From contig DAIERC010000331.1 of assembly GCA_027347125.1 (NCBI GenBank), positions 1 to 28,067 on the forward strand: a DNA stretch of 28,067 nt. Reading direction: 5' to 3'. The position numbers and the translations under genes are program-made. Source of the stretch: Ignavibacteriales bacterium. Its GTDB lineage: Bacteria; Bacteroidota; Ignavibacteria; Ignavibacteriales; Ignavibacteriaceae. Below, in pieces: positions 8,018 to 17,599 of this stretch (the first letter of the stretch is position 1; the number at the start of each line of letters is the position of its first letter). The notes beneath the pieces were generated by a model that was not told where the DNA came from, made no database searches, and worked only from the letters and a program-made list of their open reading frames with translations.

Positions 8018-8572
8018 GTGATGATTATGCCTTTACCAGACGAACAATTAGACAGCTTAAAAAACGACGACGTAAAAACCAAATCGGGTTTCAATTCAAA
8101 AATTCTTGTTATGGGAATCCCGGTTTTTATAATTCAACTGGTAGCCGTTTACTTTATTACCGCCAACATTCTTATGAAAAAAATTGAAAGCAGGGCCGCC
8201 GGCGAAGGAAAAGGAAACCAAGCCGGGCAGGTTTCGGATTCAACAGGGAAACAGCAAAAAGTTGAACTGGGCAAGTACATCTATTCGATAGATGATATCA
8301 TAGTAAACCCCGCGGGAACAGACGGCAAAAGACTTTTGCTTGCATCGGTTGGAATAGATTTAAAACAAGATGCCATGATAAACGATTTAAAGACAAGAGA
8401 GGCTCTTGTTAAAGATGTTATTATTTCTACCCTGTCCAGTAAAGATGTTGATCAGCTTAACAGTACTACTTACAGAGATACTTTAAAAACGGAAATCTCC
8501 GGCCAGTTAGTTCATCTTATTCCTAGCGTTGGAATTAACACAATTTATTTCAGTAAATTTATTCTTCAATAA
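8018..8572 (+). CDS. fliL: Flagellar basal body-associated protein FliL
   Basis: Single N-terminal TM, then DIIVNPAGTDGKRLL...VKDVIISTLSSK...LKTEI...IYFSKFILQ; precedes fliM. The true start may be ATG 8021 or 8027. Confidence 0.9.
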   Translation: MMIMPLPDEQLDSLKNDDVKTKSGFNSKILVMGIPVFIIQLVAVYFITANILMKKIESRAAGEGKGNQAGQVSDSTGKQQKVELGKYIYSIDDIIVNPAGTDGKRLLLASVGIDLKQDAMINDLKTREALVKDVIISTLSSKDVDQLNSTTYRDTLKTEISGQLVHLIPSVGINTIYFSKFILQ

Positions 8573-8575
8573 ACC

Positions 8576-9562
8576 ATGGCAGAAGTACTATCACAACAAG
8601 AAATTGATCTGCTGCTTAACAAAGTTAAAAGCGGCGACGAACAAACTCCTGCTCAGACTAGTGAGAAGGAAGCCGTACTTTTTGATTTTAGGCTGCCGAA
8701 CCGTATTTCCAAAAATCAGCTTAGAACCATAAGAAACATTAACGAAAACTTCGCGGAAAGTTTCAGCTCGTTTTTGGTTTCCAAGCTTCAAACCATAGTT
8801 AACATAAACGTTACTTCAATCGATCAGATTTATTATTCGGAATATATATTATCCGTTTCCAACCCCGCATGCCTTTATACTTTCGATATCAAAAACACAG
8901 ATATAAAAGGTATACTTGAGTTGAACTCCGATTTGGCTTTAACATTGGTCGATAGGCTTCTTGGCGGCAGCGGTGTTGGTTCCAAGCAGGCTAATTTAAT
9001 TACGCCCATCGAACAAAAGGTGCTTGGTGTTGTTGTTGAGCGCGTAATGTACGACCTCAAAAAATCATGGCAGATAATTGATAATCTTGATTTCAGGCTG
9101 GAAAGATTCGAGTCGGATATAGATTTTGCGCAGATCACCGCGCAAAGCGAATCTGTTTTGCTTATCTCTTTTGAAATTATGATAAGCGACCAGACATACA
9201 TGATGAACCTTTGTTTTGCCACTTTCGCTTTCGATGTAATTCTATCGAAACTGAACTCGCAAAAATTATCTACCGTAAGGCCAACCAAATACAAAGGAAC
9301 AACGTCGGGCGAGATAATAAAAAATCATCTTTACAAAACATACCTGCCCATAATTATTGAATTTGGAAAAGCAAAAGTTTCGGTTAAAAATTTATTCGAG
9401 CTTGAAAAGGGCGATATAATAAAATTGGATACAAAAATTAGCGATGAGCACCCGATTAAAGTAGGTGAGAAAATTCTTTTTTACGGCCGCGCCGGTGTTG
9501 TAAACAAGCATAAAGCCGTAAAAATTTCACGTAAAGCAGATTTGAACAATAAACCAGAATAG
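8576..9562 (+). CDS. fliM: Flagellar motor switch protein FliM
   Basis: N-terminal EVLSQQEIDLLL CheY-binding motif, FDFRLPNRISK, and a C-terminal SpoA domain. Confidence 0.96.
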   Translation: MAEVLSQQEIDLLLNKVKSGDEQTPAQTSEKEAVLFDFRLPNRISKNQLRTIRNINENFAESFSSFLVSKLQTIVNINVTSIDQIYYSEYILSVSNPACLYTFDIKNTDIKGILELNSDLALTLVDRLLGGSGVGSKQANLITPIEQKVLGVVVERVMYDLKKSWQIIDNLDFRLERFESDIDFAQITAQSESVLLISFEIMISDQTYMMNLCFATFAFDVILSKLNSQKLSTVRPTKYKGTTSGEIIKNHLYKTYLPIIIEFGKAKVSVKNLFELEKGDIIKLDTKISDEHPIKVGEKILFYGRAGVVNKHKAVKISRKADLNNKPE

Positions 9563-9571
9563 GTATATAAA

Positions 9572-9994
9572 ATGGACGAAACAACAGAACAAGGCAATGT
9601 AAATCAGAATAACGACAGCGCGGAAGACGAAATTTTTTCCAATCCAGACAGTGCCTTGCGCGACGGAAAAGTTGTTGGCGGTATGGCCGAGTTTGACGAG
9701 TTCGACGAAGCAAAAAATTTATCGAACGGCGGTACCGATAAACTTAACTTCCTCCAGGATTTGCAGCTTAATGTTTTTATTGAGCTCGGAAGAACTCAAA
9801 TGCCTATTAAGGAAATTCTAGAGCTTGAAAGAGGCTATGTAATTGAACTTGATAAACTGGCAAGCGAGCCTGTGGATATTTACGTTAACAATAAAAAAAT
9901 AGCCGAAGGCGAAGTAGTGGTAATCGATAAACACTTCGGCATCCGTATAACTAATCTTAATGAGCCGAACAACCGCATCAAAGGAATGTTGTAA
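9572..9994 (+). CDS. fliN: Flagellar motor switch protein FliN
   Basis: SpoA domain ELGRTQMPIKEILEL...LDKLASEPVDIYVN...AEGEVVVIDKHFGIRI. Confidence 0.94.
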   Translation: MDETTEQGNVNQNNDSAEDEIFSNPDSALRDGKVVGGMAEFDEFDEAKNLSNGGTDKLNFLQDLQLNVFIELGRTQMPIKEILELERGYVIELDKLASEPVDIYVNNKKIAEGEVVVIDKHFGIRITNLNEPNNRIKGML

Positions 9995-10335
9995 TGTCTT
10001 TTTTTGAAATTGTAAAAGCTTTTATACCGTTATTATTTATTGTGGGATTGCTTTACGGCGTTCTCATTTTTGTTAGAAAGTACGGCATAAATGCAAAGGG
10101 GAAAAAATCCGGCTATGTTTCAATTGATGTGATAAGTTCTCAAATGATTATGCCGAAAAAATTTATTTCGGTAGTTAGGGTTGAAGACCGTTTGTTGGTT
10201 TTGGGCATCAGCGAACAATCCATTACACTGCTTAAAGAACTGGAACGGCCGGTTGAGGTAAATAAAAAACCAGTTTATGATGAAGATAAATCAAATATAA
10301 TTGAAGTACTTAAGAAAAATCTCGGAATGAAATGA
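9994..10335 (+). CDS. fliO: Flagellar biosynthesis protein FliO/FliZ
   Basis: N-terminal TM and VVRVEDRLLVLGISEQSITLLKEL motif; located between fliN and fliP. Confidence 0.88.
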   Translation: MSFFEIVKAFIPLLFIVGLLYGVLIFVRKYGINAKGKKSGYVSIDVISSQMIMPKKFISVVRVEDRLLVLGISEQSITLLKELERPVEVNKKPVYDEDKSNIIEVLKKNLGMK

Positions 10336-11090
10336 AAAAGGTCCTGGCAATTTCCCTTCTATTGTTTTTAATATTTTTTGTCGACAATTCTTTTGCACAG
10401 CAATCGACATCAATACCGTTCCCTAAAATTGGTATTAACGTGGGAACATCTAACAACCCCGGCGATGTTTCCGTTACGTTGCAGATATTGTTCTTATTAA
10501 CCGTACTTTCGCTTGCGCCGTCTATAATGATTATGACGACATCATACCTGCGGATTATTATTGTATTTCATTTTCTTAAAACAGCGCTCGGAACGCCGCA
10601 AATGCCGCCTTCACAGCTTCTTGCCGGCGTTGCTTTGTTTATGACGTTTTTTGTTATGGCCCCCACCTGGAGCAAAGTTAACACCGAAGCCATTAAGCCT
10701 TTGATGGACGGAAAAATTACAACCGAGCAGGCATATGATAAAGGTATTGGGCCGGTAAGGGAATTTATGTTTAGAAACGTGCGCAACGCAGATCTTGAAT
10801 TATTTATCGGGCTGGCTAATCTTAACAGGCCTAAAGACCAAAACGATTTACCTACATACGTTGTTATACCTGCGTTTGTTTTAAGCGAGTTAAGAGCGGG
10901 CTTCATAATCGGCTTCTTTCTCTTCATTCCGTTTTTAATGATTGATATGATTATCGCCAGCATCTTAATGTCTATGGGTATGATGATGCTGCCGCCTACT
11001 TTGATTTCTCTTCCTTTTAAAATATTGCTTTTCATCCTTGTTGACGGATGGCATTTAATAGTGGGTTCATTAGTAAGGAGTTTTTCTTAA
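10332..11090 (+). CDS. fliP: Export gate protein FliP
   Basis: Signal peptide, LTVLSLAPSI-x-IMTTSYLRIIIV, PAFVLSEL, and LPFKILLFILVDGW. Confidence 0.97.
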   Translation: MKKVLAISLLLFLIFFVDNSFAQQSTSIPFPKIGINVGTSNNPGDVSVTLQILFLLTVLSLAPSIMIMTTSYLRIIIVFHFLKTALGTPQMPPSQLLAGVALFMTFFVMAPTWSKVNTEAIKPLMDGKITTEQAYDKGIGPVREFMFRNVRNADLELFIGLANLNRPKDQNDLPTYVVIPAFVLSELRAGFIIGFFLFIPFLMIDMIIASILMSMGMMMLPPTLISLPFKILLFILVDGWHLIVGSLVRSFS

Positions 11091-11360
11091 ATGACTGAAG
11101 AATTAATTATTGAAATTCTAAAAGAAGTTTTTTATACAACCTTTATAATACTGCTTCCTATTTTGGGAGTTTCGCTTGTTGTAGGAATAATTGTTTCAAT
11201 ATTCCAGGCCGCCACATCAATACAGGAAATGACGCTGACTTTTGTACCGAAGATTTTGGCAACGGCAATTACAATTCTTTTTATGCTTCCTTGGATGATT
11301 GATAAAGTTGTAGCTTTTACAATTAAAATTTTAACAATGTTTAACACAGTGATTAAATAA
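11091..11360 (+). CDS. fliQ: Export gate protein FliQ
   Basis: 89 aa with SIFQAATSIQEMTLTFVPKI. Confidence 0.97.
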   Translation: MTEELIIEILKEVFYTTFIILLPILGVSLVVGIIVSIFQAATSIQEMTLTFVPKILATAITILFMLPWMIDKVVAFTIKILTMFNTVIK

Positions 11361-12133
11361 TGGGCGTTCCTGTTACCGATTTTGTAATAGTACTATTAAT
11401 ATTTATGCGGATCGTTGCCGCATTTATAGTATCACCTATTTTCGGGCACCAAGCTGTTCCCGGAATTGTAAAAGTATTGTTGTCGCTCATAATTGCTTAC
11501 ATCTGCTTTTTAACTATAGATAAATCGCATATTGTGGTAGAGTTTAGTATTTCCTGGCTATTTGTAAACGCAGTTAAAGAAATTATTACCGGCGCAATTC
11601 TGGGATTTATGTTAAACTTTGTTTTTTTCGGCGTTCAATTCGCGGGCTCGCTTATGGGGCTTAGCATGGAATTATCTATGGCTGAAACCCTTAATCCCAT
11701 AGACGGCAGCAGCAGTAACGATATTGGCCAGGTTTATAATTATGCTGCCATACTACTTTTGTTTTTAATTAACGGCCATCATTATATAATAAGCGGACTT
11801 GTATATTCATTTTCAATTGTGCATCTGGGAAAATATGTAATAACAGAGCCGGTGTATCAGTTAATTATGACGTATGCCGGTGCGGTATTTGTTATTGCCG
11901 TAAAAATTGCTTCACCGATATTGGTATCCTTTTTCCTGGTATATATTGCCGAAGGTATATTAACCCGCGTTGTTCCGCAGATGCAGGTGTTTTTTGTTAG
12001 CCAGCCGTTAATACTGGGGCTCGGATTATTTTTGCTGGTATCATTAACTCCTGTTTATATATACGCAATTAAAAGCCTGCTTCACGGGTATGAAGATAAT
12101 CTTGTTACAATTATAAAAGCGATGGCGCAATAG
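11360..12133 (+). CDS. fliR: Export gate protein FliR
   Basis: Polytopic hydrophobic protein with an R-x7-PIFG motif and RVVPQMQVFFVSQPL; located between fliQ and flhB. Confidence 0.93.
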   Translation: MGVPVTDFVIVLLIFMRIVAAFIVSPIFGHQAVPGIVKVLLSLIIAYICFLTIDKSHIVVEFSISWLFVNAVKEIITGAILGFMLNFVFFGVQFAGSLMGLSMELSMAETLNPIDGSSSNDIGQVYNYAAILLLFLINGHHYIISGLVYSFSIVHLGKYVITEPVYQLIMTYAGAVFVIAVKIASPILVSFFLVYIAEGILTRVVPQMQVFFVSQPLILGLGLFLLVSLTPVYIYAIKSLLHGYEDNLVTIIKAMAQ

Positions 12134-12134
12134 T

Positions 12135-13220
12135 ATGGCTGAAACAGACGGACAGGAAAAAACCGAGCAACCTACCGGGAAGCGCTTAAGTGATAGTCGC
12201 GATGAAGGTAAGGTTGCCAAAAGCATGGAAATAAATTCCCTGGCTATTTTTACTACCGGGCTGTTAATGATATACATTACTCAAAATTATCTCAGCCATC
12301 AAATTTCCATTTATTCAATTAATATTTTTAAATCTCTTAGTGTTGTTACAATCGATAAAGATTTTATCCAATCGTTTGTTAAAGACGGACTCTTTTTTTA
12401 TATGATTACGCTGGCTCCCATTTTCGGGGCATTAGTGTTAATTGCGCTTGTGGCTAATGTGGCTCAGGTTGGTTTTAAAGTGAGCGTAAAAGCCCTTACT
12501 CCCAAGTTTTCCAAATTCAACCCGTTTACCGGGATAAAAAATGTGATGATATCTTCCAGGTCGATGGTTGAAATACTTAAATCGATAATTAAATTAGTTC
12601 TAATCGGCGGGTTCGCTTATTCAATACTTTCAGACCTTATAATTAAGGCCACAAACTTAATAGAGTTTACCACTGCGGAAATAGTTCATTTTATGGTAGA
12701 TGCTTCTTTTAAAATGTTATGGAAAATATCGCTTGTGTATGCTCTGGTTGCCATAGTGGATTTTGTATTTCAAAAAAAGAAATTTAAAAAAGACATGATG
12801 ATGTCAAAGCAGGAAATAAAAGAAGAGAATAAACAAAGCGAAGGCGATCCGCTGATCAAATCAAGAATAAAAAGACTTCAATACCAGGCTGCAAAAAGAA
12901 GAATGATGCAGGCCATACCAACGGCTGATGTTGTTATTACCAACCCGACGCACTTTGCCATTGCATTGAAGTATGATCTATCAAAGGATTCGGCGCCAAG
13001 AGTTGTAGCCAAAGGTGTTGACGAATTGGCACAGAGAATAAAAGCAATTGCGGTGGAAAACGGTATACCGCTGCATGAAGACAGGGAATTGGCCCGCGCA
13101 CTTTATAAAGTTTGCGATATCGGCGACGCGATACCGGCGTCCTTATTCAAAGCGGTGGCGCAGATACTGGCTTATGTTTTCCAGTTAAAAAATTACAATA
13201 AAAAAAGAGCAATAATATAA
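12135..13220 (+). CDS. flhB: Export switch protein FlhB
   Basis: EKTEQPT-x-KR N-terminus, KQSEGDPLIKSRI, and the autocleavage motif NPTH. Confidence 0.97.
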   Translation: MAETDGQEKTEQPTGKRLSDSRDEGKVAKSMEINSLAIFTTGLLMIYITQNYLSHQISIYSINIFKSLSVVTIDKDFIQSFVKDGLFFYMITLAPIFGALVLIALVANVAQVGFKVSVKALTPKFSKFNPFTGIKNVMISSRSMVEILKSIIKLVLIGGFAYSILSDLIIKATNLIEFTTAEIVHFMVDASFKMLWKISLVYALVAIVDFVFQKKKFKKDMMMSKQEIKEENKQSEGDPLIKSRIKRLQYQAAKRRMMQAIPTADVVITNPTHFAIALKYDLSKDSAPRVVAKGVDELAQRIKAIAVENGIPLHEDRELARALYKVCDIGDAIPASLFKAVAQILAYVFQLKNYNKKRAII

Positions 13221-13221
13221 A

Positions 13222-15270
13222 ATGAAAAGCCTCGGAAAAAATACCGATATTCTTCTTGCGTTCGGCTTAATATTTATGCTTGGGCTAATGCTTATACCGC
13301 TGCCTGCGGGCATACTGGATTTTTTTCTGGCATTAAACATTACCCTGGCGGTTCTTATTTTAATTGTTTCTCTTTATATCCAATCACCGCTTGATATTTC
13401 CGTATTTCCCGGTTTGCTACTCGTATTAACTTTGTTCAGACTTTCGCTTAACATAAGTTCTACCAGATTAATCCTTCTCGACGGATACGCCGGAAAAGTA
13501 ATTGAATCATTCGGTTCGTTTGTTGTGGGCGGTAATTATGTTGTCGGGTTTATTATTTTTATAATACTTGTTGTAATTCAGTTTATAGTAATCATCAAAG
13601 GTTCGGGAAGAATTTCTGAAGTTGCCGCGCGATTTACTTTGGATGCTATGCCCGGTAAGCAAATGGCCATTGATGCTGATCTTAATACTGGTTTGATAAA
13701 TGAAGCCGAAGCTAGAGCACGAAGGGAATCGATAAGCCGCGAGGCCGAATTTTACGGGGCGATGGACGGCGCAAGCAAGTTTGTTAAAGGTGATGCAATT
13801 GCAGGTTTAATGATTAACGCGATTAATATTATCGGCGGATTTATAATCGGCGTTGCGGGCAAGGGAATGTCTTTTACCGACGCTTTGCAAAATTATACAA
13901 TTCTAACAATAGGTGACGGCCTTGTATCCCAAATTCCTGCGCTGCTTATTGCAACGGCTGCCGGTCTTGTTGTTACAAGAAGCGCCGCCGGTACGGCGCT
14001 GGATGTTCAAATGAAATCGCAGTTGCTCTCAAACCCGCGTGTTTTGGGAACCGTTTCGGGAACCATGATACTTTTTGCATTGGTTCCCGGTATGCCTGCT
14101 ATTCCGTTTATTCTTCTAGGTTCGGGCTTAGGTGTTGCCGCTTATACTATCAGCAAAAAAAGAACTAAAGCGCAAACTCCAGTAGAGGCTCAGGAAACCG
14201 AGGCGGAACCGACCGAAGAAAAGGTTGAACAATATCTTCAGGTTGATCCTGTTGAAATAGAAATTGGCTACGGCCTAATAAGTTTGGTTGACGAAAAACA
14301 GGGCGGAAATTTGTTCCAAAAAATTTCTTCCACAAGAAAATATATTGCGCTGGAATACGGTGTGTTAATTCCCCCGGTAAGAGTTAGAGACAACTTACAA
14401 CTGGATCCCAACCAGTATTTAATCAAGATAAAAGGGAATATTGTCGCGTCGTATGAAATTTATGCCGACAGATATCTTGCCATGAACCCGGGAAATATTC
14501 CGGAGCAGTTGAACGGCATCCCTACAAAAGACCCGGCGTTTAATCTTAATAGTTACTGGATTGCCAGGGACGAAAAAGATAAAGCAGAGCTTCTTGAATT
14601 TACGGTTGTGGACAGTATTTCTGTGCTTTCAACGCACTTACAGGAAACATTGAAGAGAAACTTCGATAAGATATTAACCCGCCAGGCAGTTAAGCAGTTG
14701 CTGGAAAATCTTAAAAAAGAATACCCGGCGGTAATTGAAGATATAAATTCAGACGCGTTGTCTCTCGGTACAATTCAAAAAGTATTGCAAAATCTTTTGA
14801 AGGAATTAATCCCGATTAAAGATTTGGTGCAGATACTGGAAGCGTTAATTGATTATTCTAAGGTTACTAAAAATGTTGATGTGTTAACCGAGTATGTAAG
14901 GCATTCGCTCGGCGATACGATTGCAAATATATTTAAAGACCAGAACGGCATAATTCATGCGGCGGCGCTTGGCGAAGAAGTGGAATCGTTTATTACCAAG
15001 GCGTTGCAAAACCAAAAAGAAGCTGTGCAAACACTGGGCTTAAGCCCGGCTTTGTTAAGGGAATTAAATACTATGATAGAAAATTACGTTGAGAAGTTTA
15101 AACTGCTGGGTTATATGCCGGTGATATTGACTTCGGCTACAATTCGCCCTTATTTTTATAGATTGGTAAATTCAAGTTTTCCAGACTTGTCTGTGTTGTC
15201 TTATTCGGAACTTCCGTCGAATGTTGAAATAGAGTTTTTAGAAAGATTAGAGGTAGAAAATGCAAATTAA
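13222..15270 (+). CDS. flhA: Export gate protein FlhA
   Basis: RISEVAARFTLDAMPGKQMAIDADLNTG and FYGAMDGASKFVKGDAIAG. Confidence 0.98.
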   Translation: MKSLGKNTDILLAFGLIFMLGLMLIPLPAGILDFFLALNITLAVLILIVSLYIQSPLDISVFPGLLLVLTLFRLSLNISSTRLILLDGYAGKVIESFGSFVVGGNYVVGFIIFIILVVIQFIVIIKGSGRISEVAARFTLDAMPGKQMAIDADLNTGLINEAEARARRESISREAEFYGAMDGASKFVKGDAIAGLMINAINIIGGFIIGVAGKGMSFTDALQNYTILTIGDGLVSQIPALLIATAAGLVVTRSAAGTALDVQMKSQLLSNPRVLGTVSGTMILFALVPGMPAIPFILLGSGLGVAAYTISKKRTKAQTPVEAQETEAEPTEEKVEQYLQVDPVEIEIGYGLISLVDEKQGGNLFQKISSTRKYIALEYGVLIPPVRVRDNLQLDPNQYLIKIKGNIVASYEIYADRYLAMNPGNIPEQLNGIPTKDPAFNLNSYWIARDEKDKAELLEFTVVDSISVLSTHLQETLKRNFDKILTRQAVKQLLENLKKEYPAVIEDINSDALSLGTIQKVLQNLLKELIPIKDLVQILEALIDYSKVTKNVDVLTEYVRHSLGDTIANIFKDQNGIIHAAALGEEVESFITKALQNQKEAVQTLGLSPALLRELNTMIENYVEKFKLLGYMPVILTSATIRPYFYRLVNSSFPDLSVLSYSELPSNVEIEFLERLEVENAN

Positions 15271-16420
15271 AAAATTTGTTGCGCCAACCTTAAAAGAGGC
15301 CTCACAACAAATGAAGAGCGAGCTCGGAAGCGAGGCGATAATTTTAAGTACCAGGATAATTCCGCCTAACATCAACGCTGATTTGCCCAAGATGTTTGAA
15401 ATTACCGCCGGCGTTGAAAACGGTGCTGAATTGCCTGCGCCCAAAGCCGCGCCTAAAATATATAACGAACCGGAAACTCAACCTCAAAGCTTTCAGGAAG
15501 AACTAAACAGGTTATCGAAAAAAATTTATAGCAATAATATGCCCGCAAAAAAAACGGCCCAGGCTCCGGCGCCGGTGCAAACAAAAATAAAAAAGGCAGC
15601 CGCTCCCAAATTTGCTCCGGACGAAGACGTATCAATTGAAAACGAATTAAAAGAAATTGTAGATACGCTTTTAATGCGGGAAGTTAAAAAGAATATTGTG
15701 TCGGCCGTGTTAAATCAACTAAAAAAATACAAGAGCTTTTTAACACCGTCAAATATAGACAGCTACGTGCTTTCAAGTTTGGCGTCGATGATTCCCACAT
15801 ACCATTTCGAAGTTCACAAGAGCAATAAACCCAAAGTTGTTTCTTTGGTTGGCCCCACCGGAGTTGGTAAAACAACCTGCATAGCTAAATTAGCGGTTAT
15901 TTCAAAAATACTTCACAACCTTGATGTAGGACTTATTTCGGTTGATACTTACAGGCTTGGCGCGCTGGATCAATTGCGTATATTTTCGGAAGTAAGCAAT
16001 ATCGATATGCTTATTGCTTACGAGCCTTCGGACATACCGCGGATTTTGAACTCATTTAAAAAGAAAGATATAATTTTTATTGATACCGCCGGCAGAAGCC
16101 AGAAAAACTCCGAGCATCTTTTAAAAGCCAAGGAATTTTTAAATGCCGCCAGGGTAGATGAAACATACCTGGTGTTAAGCGCTACCAGCACAACTAAAAA
16201 TTTATTTGATGTTGCGGATAAATTTAAAATCTTCGACTACAATTCAGTTCTGTTCTCAAAGATAGACGAAGCTGTTGCCTTCGGGAATATTTTGAATGTC
16301 GTTTCCAGTTTCGATGTACCGATTTCCTTTTTTACAAACGGGCAGGTTATTCCGGATGATATAATATCTGCCGATCCCGAATTTACGGCTAACATGATTT
16401 ATACGGGGAAAATTAACTGA
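15260..16420 (+). CDS. flhF: SRP-family GTPase FlhF
   Basis: GPTGVGKTT, DTYR, DTAGR and SKIDE motifs; N-terminal MQIKKFVAPTLKEA. Confidence 0.95.
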   Translation: MQIKKFVAPTLKEASQQMKSELGSEAIILSTRIIPPNINADLPKMFEITAGVENGAELPAPKAAPKIYNEPETQPQSFQEELNRLSKKIYSNNMPAKKTAQAPAPVQTKIKKAAAPKFAPDEDVSIENELKEIVDTLLMREVKKNIVSAVLNQLKKYKSFLTPSNIDSYVLSSLASMIPTYHFEVHKSNKPKVVSLVGPTGVGKTTCIAKLAVISKILHNLDVGLISVDTYRLGALDQLRIFSEVSNIDMLIAYEPSDIPRILNSFKKKDIIFIDTAGRSQKNSEHLLKAKEFLNAARVDETYLVLSATSTTKNLFDVADKFKIFDYNSVLFSKIDEAVAFGNILNVVSSFDVPISFFTNGQVIPDDIISADPEFTANMIYTGKIN

Positions 16421-17262
16421 TGCTTGGACAGGCGGAAAGACTTTTCGAACTCAATAAACTTAAAACCGGGCCAGCCCGGCAAGGTACCGCAAAGGTAATT
16501 GCTTTTACTTCAGGAAAAGGCGGTACGGGAAAAACATTTGTTTCCTTAAACCTGGCTTATTCGCTTGCAAAACAAAACAAAAAAATTTTATTTATAGACC
16601 TCGATTCCAATCTTTCCAACGCCAATATTATGATAAACGTGGTGGCGAAGAAAACAATTTACGATTATTTTACCGGCAGAGCGCTGCTTCCCGAATTGGT
16701 TTTTCAGTATGAACAGAACCTGCATTTTATTTTCGGCGATTCCGGAAAAACCGATTATCCGAAATCTAAACTTGACCAGACAGAGCATTTGTTCAATCAA
16801 ATACATTCATTGGAAAAAAATTACGATTACATTTTCCTTGACACCGGTGCCGGAGCAAATGATGAGATAATTTCTATCCTTGTAAATTCGGATTTAAGCA
16901 TTTTAATTACATCTCCGGAACCAACTGCTGTAATGGATGCTTATGTTATTATAAAATTTTTAAGCAATAACAATTACGCAGGGAAGAAACTCGTTCTGGT
17001 AAATAAATGTTCTGACCCCGCAGACGGCGAAGCCACGTTCGGCAATCTATCGGCTGCGGCCAGCCATTTTTTAAATGAGAAACTGCACTTAATCGGTTCT
17101 TTAGATTTTGACCAGGGTGTTGGGCAGACAATTATCGCGCAGGAATTATTGCTCAAAAAAGAGCCGGGAAGAAAAATCAGCAGGCAAATTATCAAAATAT
17201 CAAAGAGCTTACACGAATTCATTCATATGGCTAATATTCACCATACGAACTCGCTCAAATAA
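16420..17262 (+). CDS. flhG: MinD-like ATPase FlhG/FleN
   Basis: Deviant Walker A TSGKGGTGKT, LDTGAG, and PEPTAVMDAY; follows flhF. Confidence 0.92.
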   Translation: MLGQAERLFELNKLKTGPARQGTAKVIAFTSGKGGTGKTFVSLNLAYSLAKQNKKILFIDLDSNLSNANIMINVVAKKTIYDYFTGRALLPELVFQYEQNLHFIFGDSGKTDYPKSKLDQTEHLFNQIHSLEKNYDYIFLDTGAGANDEIISILVNSDLSILITSPEPTAVMDAYVIIKFLSNNNYAGKKLVLVNKCSDPADGEATFGNLSAAASHFLNEKLHLIGSLDFDQGVGQTIIAQELLLKKEPGRKISRQIIKISKSLHEFIHMANIHHTNSLK

Positions 17263-17325
17263 TAAAGTTACCCCTCTAAACTCAATAAATAAAAGCTATT
17301 CTTAAGTATTTACCGCCCTTCGGTA

Positions 17326-17342
17326 TTGGTATAATATTTGAA
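17326..17342 (+). promoter_or_regulatory. Putative sigma54 (-24/-12)-type promoter upstream of the small ORF and fliA-like gene
   Basis: TTGGTATAATATTTGAA: GG (17328-17329)-N10-GA (17340-17341). Same architecture as 7984-8000 and also intergenic. Confidence 0.5.
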
Positions 17343-17359
17343 AAATTCATTAAAAAACA

Positions 17360-17584
17360 ATGAGAGTTATGAATAAGATAATACTTCATTTTGGTCTGCT
17401 GGTCTTCTTTTTATCGATTATCTTTTTCAGCCGTGTCGGGTTGCCGATTCAGGAAGTGCTAATGAGATCGTTTATAATATTTATGGCAGTTACGGTATTG
17501 TTTAGCTTGATTACAATCATTTTTATCAGAACGGTAAATAAAGCCTCTTCTGAGAAAAACAAAGAATTAACACAAAAACCTTAG
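17360..17584 (+). CDS. Small hypothetical membrane protein (2 predicted TM helices)
   Basis: 74 aa with two hydrophobic segments and a basic C-terminal tail. It fills the gap between the putative promoter and the sigma gene. The start may be ATG 17369. Confidence 0.7.
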   Translation: MRVMNKIILHFGLLVFFLSIIFFSRVGLPIQEVLMRSFIIFMAVTVLFSLITIIFIRTVNKASSEKNKELTQKP

Positions 17585-17599
17585 TAGGAAATAATACTA

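Noticed and set aside
7984-8187. 67-aa ORF overlapping the fliL start
   Set aside because: It overlaps fliL out of frame, starts at a TTG that is part of the putative promoter motif, and has no family features.
17311-17325. TACCG-CCCTT-CGGTA hairpin after flhG as a terminator
   Set aside because: The stem is only 5 bp and there is no U-tract, which is too weak to call.
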